A stretch of 64,000 nt of DNA, taken from NCBI GenBank assembly GCA_023150295.1, contig JAKLLE010000007.1, positions 14,460 through 78,459 on the forward strand. Direction: 5' to 3'. This DNA is from Giesbergeria sp. Lineage in GTDB: Bacteria; Pseudomonadota; Gammaproteobacteria; Burkholderiales; Burkholderiaceae_C. This document shows positions 60,438 through 64,000 of this stretch, in pieces. The notes below the pieces were generated by a model, which worked only from the letters and a program-made list of their open reading frames with translations, searched no databases and was not told where the DNA came from. The first letter of the stretch is position 1; the number at the start of each line of letters is the position of its first letter. The position numbers and the translations under genes were made by a program.

Positions 60438-63271
60438 ACCTCCTTGACCACCTGCCAGCCCCCCTGCACAACCGCGCCACCCAAGAGCACCACATCTACG
60501 CCCTGTTTGCCACCGGCAACACCGCGCCTGCGCACCTGCAGGCCCTGCTCGATGGGCTGTGCCAGCTCTCGCCCCTGCCGGCCCAAGTGCACGTGTACTG
60601 CCAAGGCCAGCCCCCCGCACCGTGGCAACACCCCGCCTGCACCCTGCACAACCTGGCAGACCCCGCCAGCGCCGCCGCCCTGGCCCAAGCCGAAGCCGCA
60701 CTGCTGTCCCACGCCCTGTGGGACCAGCGCCACACCCTGGCCGCACTGGCCATACCCACCGTGCTGGACCTGGGCGTGCAAGCCCCTGCCGCCTGGGACG
60801 CCCAAGAGCAAGGCGGCCTGGCCGTGGCTGGCGCCAGCCCACAAGAACTGGCCGCACTGCTGGTGCAACTGGCCACCGACCCCGCCACCCGCCGCCGCAC
60901 CCTGGATGGCCAAACCCCCTGGGAACCCCCTGGCCTGCAACGCCACTGGCGCGTGGAAGGCGTGTTCGACAGCAGCTACAGCCTGGCCATCGTCAACCGC
61001 CACCTCGCCATGGCCCTGCAAGACACCGGCCTGCCCACGGCCCTGTACACCTACGAACAAGGCCCGCAGCCACAGCCACAGTTTGCCGACCTGGAAGACC
61101 CCGCACGCCTGCAGCAGCTGTGGCAACACAGCCAGCACCCCCTGCCACCCGCCGTGGCACTGCGCAACGCCTGGCCCCCCGTGGTGCGCGACATGCGCGG
61201 CCAATGCCGTGCGCTGGGCAACTACGCCTGGGAAGAAACCGAATTCCCCCCCCAGTACGCGGCCGACTTCAACCGCACCCTGGACCTCATCACCGTGGTA
61301 TCGCGCCAAACCCGCGACCTGCTGCAAAACGCTGGCGTCAGCACCCCCATGCCCCTGGTGGGCAACGGCATAGACCACCTCGAACACGAACCCCCCCAGC
61401 CCCTGCCCTGCAGCCTGCCCCAGGGCTACCGCTTTCTGCACATCTCCTCCTGCTTTCCGCGCAAAGGCGTGGACGTGCTGCTGCGCGCCTACGGCGACGC
61501 CTACCGCATCTGGCACGACGTGGTGCTCGTCATCAAAACCTTCCCCAACCCGCACAACACCGTAGAACAAGACCTGGCCGCCCTGCAAAGCGCCGACCCC
61601 GACTACCCCCAGGTTCACCTCATCCAGGAAGACTGGCCCCCCGGCCAGATCGTCAGCCTGTACCAGGCCTGCCAGGCCTTTGTGCTGCCCAGCCGCGGCG
61701 AAGGCTTTGGCCTGCCCGCCGCCGAAGCCATGCTGCACCACCTGCCCGTGATTGCCACCGGCTGGGGCGGGCACACCGACTTCTGCACCCCCCACACAGC
61801 GTGGCAAGTGCAATACACATTACAGCCCGCGCAAAGCCACATGGGCCTGCCCGGCTCCCTGTGGGCCGAACCCGACCGCGCCCACCTGGCCGAACTGCTG
61901 GAAACCCTGCCCACCCTGCCCGCCGCCACCGTGCGCCAGCGCACGCAGGCCGCCCGGCAACTGGTGCAAACCCACTACACCTGGGCCGCCGTGGCACAGC
62001 GCACCCGCCTGGCGCTGGACTACATCCGCCAGCAACCCGGCCCGCAGCGCCCGCCCCGCACCGGCTGGTTCAGCACCTGGGGCTCCCGCTGCGGCATTGC
62101 CGCCTACAGCGCACACATGGTGCGCGGCCTGGCACCAGAGCAACTGCACATACTGGCCGCCATCGAACCCACCGAAGGCACCGACCCCCCGCACGTGCAC
62201 CGCTGCTGGCGCCACGGCCAGGCCGACATGGCCCCCCTGGTGCAGCAGGCCCAGGCCCTGCAACTGGACATGGTCGTCATACAACACCACTGGGGCTTTC
62301 TGGCCCCCCAGGCTCTGGCCAGCCTAGTGCAGCAACTGAGCGACGCAGGCATTGGCGTGGTGGTCGAATTCCACAACACCCGCAGCGCCCCCGAAGCCAT
62401 CGAAGACCCCGCCACCCTGCAAGCCCTGGCGCTGGCCAGTCGCCTCATCGTGCACAACCTGGACGACCTGCACCGCCTGCACCGCTGGGGCCTGCACGAA
62501 CGCAGCATGTGGTTCCCCCTGGCCGTGTACCCCGTGGCCCTGCCCACGCCCGAGCAACAAACCCAGCGCCGCCAAGCCCTGGGCCTGCACGGCAAACGCA
62601 TAGTGGCCACCTACGGGTTTTTGATGCCGCACAAAGGCCTGCTGGAAATGGTGCACGCCATGCCCGCCCTGCTGCGCGAACACCCCGACGCCCACCTGCT
62701 CATGGTCAACGCCTGGTACTCTGAGGCCGCATCTGCCGCCGAACAGCAGCGCCTGCAGCAAGCCATACAAAACCTGGGCCTGGCTGCCCACGTCACGCTG
62801 GACACCCGCTTCTTGCCTGAAGAAGAATGCGCCGCCCTCATCAGCCTGGCAGAGGTGGTGGTCTTCCCGTACCAAAACACCGAAGAATCTGCCTCTGCCG
62901 CCGTGCGCATGGCCCTGGCCACGGGCAGCGCCATTGCCACCACGCCACTGCCCATCTTCAGCGACGTAGCTGCTGCCGCCCACCCCCTGCCCGGCACCAC
63001 CGCGCCAGAGCTGGCCCAAGGCCTGTGCCAGCTGCTGCACAGCTACCGCGACCCCCAGGCACTGGCCCAGGCGCGCCAGCGTGCCAGCCAGCATGCCCGC
63101 CAACAAGGTGCAGTGCAGCTATCCATCCGCCTGGCCCACCTTCTGCGTGGCCTGCACGCCCAACGCAGTCTGCCCGCAGCCCTTGAAAACTATGGCTCCA
63201 GTGAAAAAATTGTTGCAACCTGGCAACAATGTGAAATCCCTCACGCAGCTGACTTCAGCGGCCAGAAATAG
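60434..63271 (+). CDS. Multidomain GT4 glycosyltransferase (polymerase-like)
   Basis: First GT-B: SYSLAIVNR, FLHISSCFPRKG, RGEGFGLPAAEAM. Second GT-B: CGIA.Y, YGFLMPHKG, FPYQ.T.ESAS. ATGA overlap with the methyltransferase. Confidence 0.85.
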   Translation: MNLLDHLPAPLHNRATQEHHIYALFATGNTAPAHLQALLDGLCQLSPLPAQVHVYCQGQPPAPWQHPACTLHNLADPASAAALAQAEAALLSHALWDQRHTLAALAIPTVLDLGVQAPAAWDAQEQGGLAVAGASPQELAALLVQLATDPATRRRTLDGQTPWEPPGLQRHWRVEGVFDSSYSLAIVNRHLAMALQDTGLPTALYTYEQGPQPQPQFADLEDPARLQQLWQHSQHPLPPAVALRNAWPPVVRDMRGQCRALGNYAWEETEFPPQYAADFNRTLDLITVVSRQTRDLLQNAGVSTPMPLVGNGIDHLEHEPPQPLPCSLPQGYRFLHISSCFPRKGVDVLLRAYGDAYRIWHDVVLVIKTFPNPHNTVEQDLAALQSADPDYPQVHLIQEDWPPGQIVSLYQACQAFVLPSRGEGFGLPAAEAMLHHLPVIATGWGGHTDFCTPHTAWQVQYTLQPAQSHMGLPGSLWAEPDRAHLAELLETLPTLPAATVRQRTQAARQLVQTHYTWAAVAQRTRLALDYIRQQPGPQRPPRTGWFSTWGSRCGIAAYSAHMVRGLAPEQLHILAAIEPTEGTDPPHVHRCWRHGQADMAPLVQQAQALQLDMVVIQHHWGFLAPQALASLVQQLSDAGIGVVVEFHNTRSAPEAIEDPATLQALALASRLIVHNLDDLHRLHRWGLHERSMWFPLAVYPVALPTPEQQTQRRQALGLHGKRIVATYGFLMPHKGLLEMVHAMPALLREHPDAHLLMVNAWYSEAASAAEQQRLQQAIQNLGLAAHVTLDTRFLPEEECAALISLAEVVVFPYQNTEESASAAVRMALATGSAIATTPLPIFSDVAAAAHPLPGTTAPELAQGLCQLLHSYRDPQALAQARQRASQHARQQGAVQLSIRLAHLLRGLHAQRSLPAALENYGSSEKIVATWQQCEIPHAADFSGQK

Positions 63272-63357
63272 TGCTATAGAATCCGCGGAGACCTAGGCTG
63301 ACTGTGGTGAGCCGCAAGTGGTCCGTTTTTAATTTTTTTTGAAACTAGGAGCTTCTT

Positions 63358-64000
63358 ATGGCAGCAGCCGATTACTACACCCAGGTTTACACCATGTTTG
63401 TTGGCTACTTCGGTCGTCCACCAGCACAGTCGGGCCTGGATTACTATGCAACCAAAGTCGACGCAGCTGGCGGCAGCCTCGGTGTTGTGATCGACGACTT
63501 CTATAACTCTGCAGAGTCGCAGACCTTCTTTGCGGGCGAGACCATCGAGCAGCAGGTCAACCTGGTGTTCCACAACCTGTTTGGCCGCGACGCTGCTGTT
63601 GAAGGTCTGAACTACTGGACCAACCAGATCGCCACCGGCAATGTCTCCCTGGCGCAAGCAGCCTTCACCATCGCCAACGGCGCGCAAGCGGCCGACGCAG
63701 CCATCCTGGCAGCCAAGATCGACACCGCCAAGCTGTGGGTGGCCAGCCTGGACACCAACACCGAAATCCTGCTGTACTCCACCGACGACGGCCGCGCAGC
63801 AGGCCGTGACTTCCTCAACGGCGTGACTACCAGCACCGCTGCCACGCAGGCAGATGTGGACGCTGCACTGTTGGCCATGGTCAATGGCGGCAACACCGGC
63901 CAGACGTTCAACCTGACCAACGGCACCGACGTGGCCACCGCCAACGTGTTCAATGCGGGCCTGGTCTACACCCCCGGTGGCGACGACCGCATCAACTCCC
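63358..64000 (+). CDS. S-layer protein (RsaA/SapA-like), 5' partial
   Basis: AGGAG SD; manual translation MAAADYYTQVYTMFVGYFGRPPAQSGLDYY...LFGRDA..EGLNYW...GQTFNLTNGTD..., no signal peptide, Ala/Thr-rich, open to the window end. Confidence 0.8.
   Translation, partial: MAAADYYTQVYTMFVGYFGRPPAQSGLDYYATKVDAAGGSLGVVIDDFYNSAESQTFFAGETIEQQVNLVFHNLFGRDAAVEGLNYWTNQIATGNVSLAQAAFTIANGAQAADAAILAAKIDTAKLWVASLDTNTEILLYSTDDGRAAGRDFLNGVTTSTAATQADVDAALLAMVNGGNTGQTFNLTNGTDVATANVFNAGLVYTPGGDDRINS

Overview
64 kb of a GC-rich betaproteobacterial chromosome. Gene order and repeat families suggest Burkholderiales, Comamonadaceae-like (inference). Left half (1-35 kb) is mostly core genes: mlaF (partial), speD, gltBD, a RAYT/Y1-transposase-like gene, BON lipoprotein, methyltransferase, dgt, aroB, pilMNOPQ plus an Ig-domain lipoprotein, mrcA, cyaY, lysA, msrPQ, cytochrome c system II and c4, engB, an alpha/beta hydrolase, two lipid A acyltransferases and a SAM-II riboswitch before metK. 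It carries three unrelated repeat families: a 56-bp double-hairpin element (5 copies), a 644-bp palindrome, and a 65-bp-period unit that reads as chained translationally coupled mini-ORFs. Right half (36-64 kb) is a cell-surface locus: GDP-D-rhamnose synthesis, wzm/wzt export, O-acetylase, methyltransferase, glycosyltransferases, a type I secretion operon with two ABC paralogues, a double protease, and the 5' end of an S-layer gene. Top candidates for novelty: (1) a TnpB-like protein that stops exactly where RuvC should begin, heads the T1SS operon, and has a 15-bp direct repeat over its own start; (2) a metallo+serine protease whose C-terminus matches the S-layer N-terminal anchor domain (56/115 identical, gapless, hand count); (3) the ATGA-chained mini-ORF repeat. 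All calls come from reading motifs by eye; no database searches were run.
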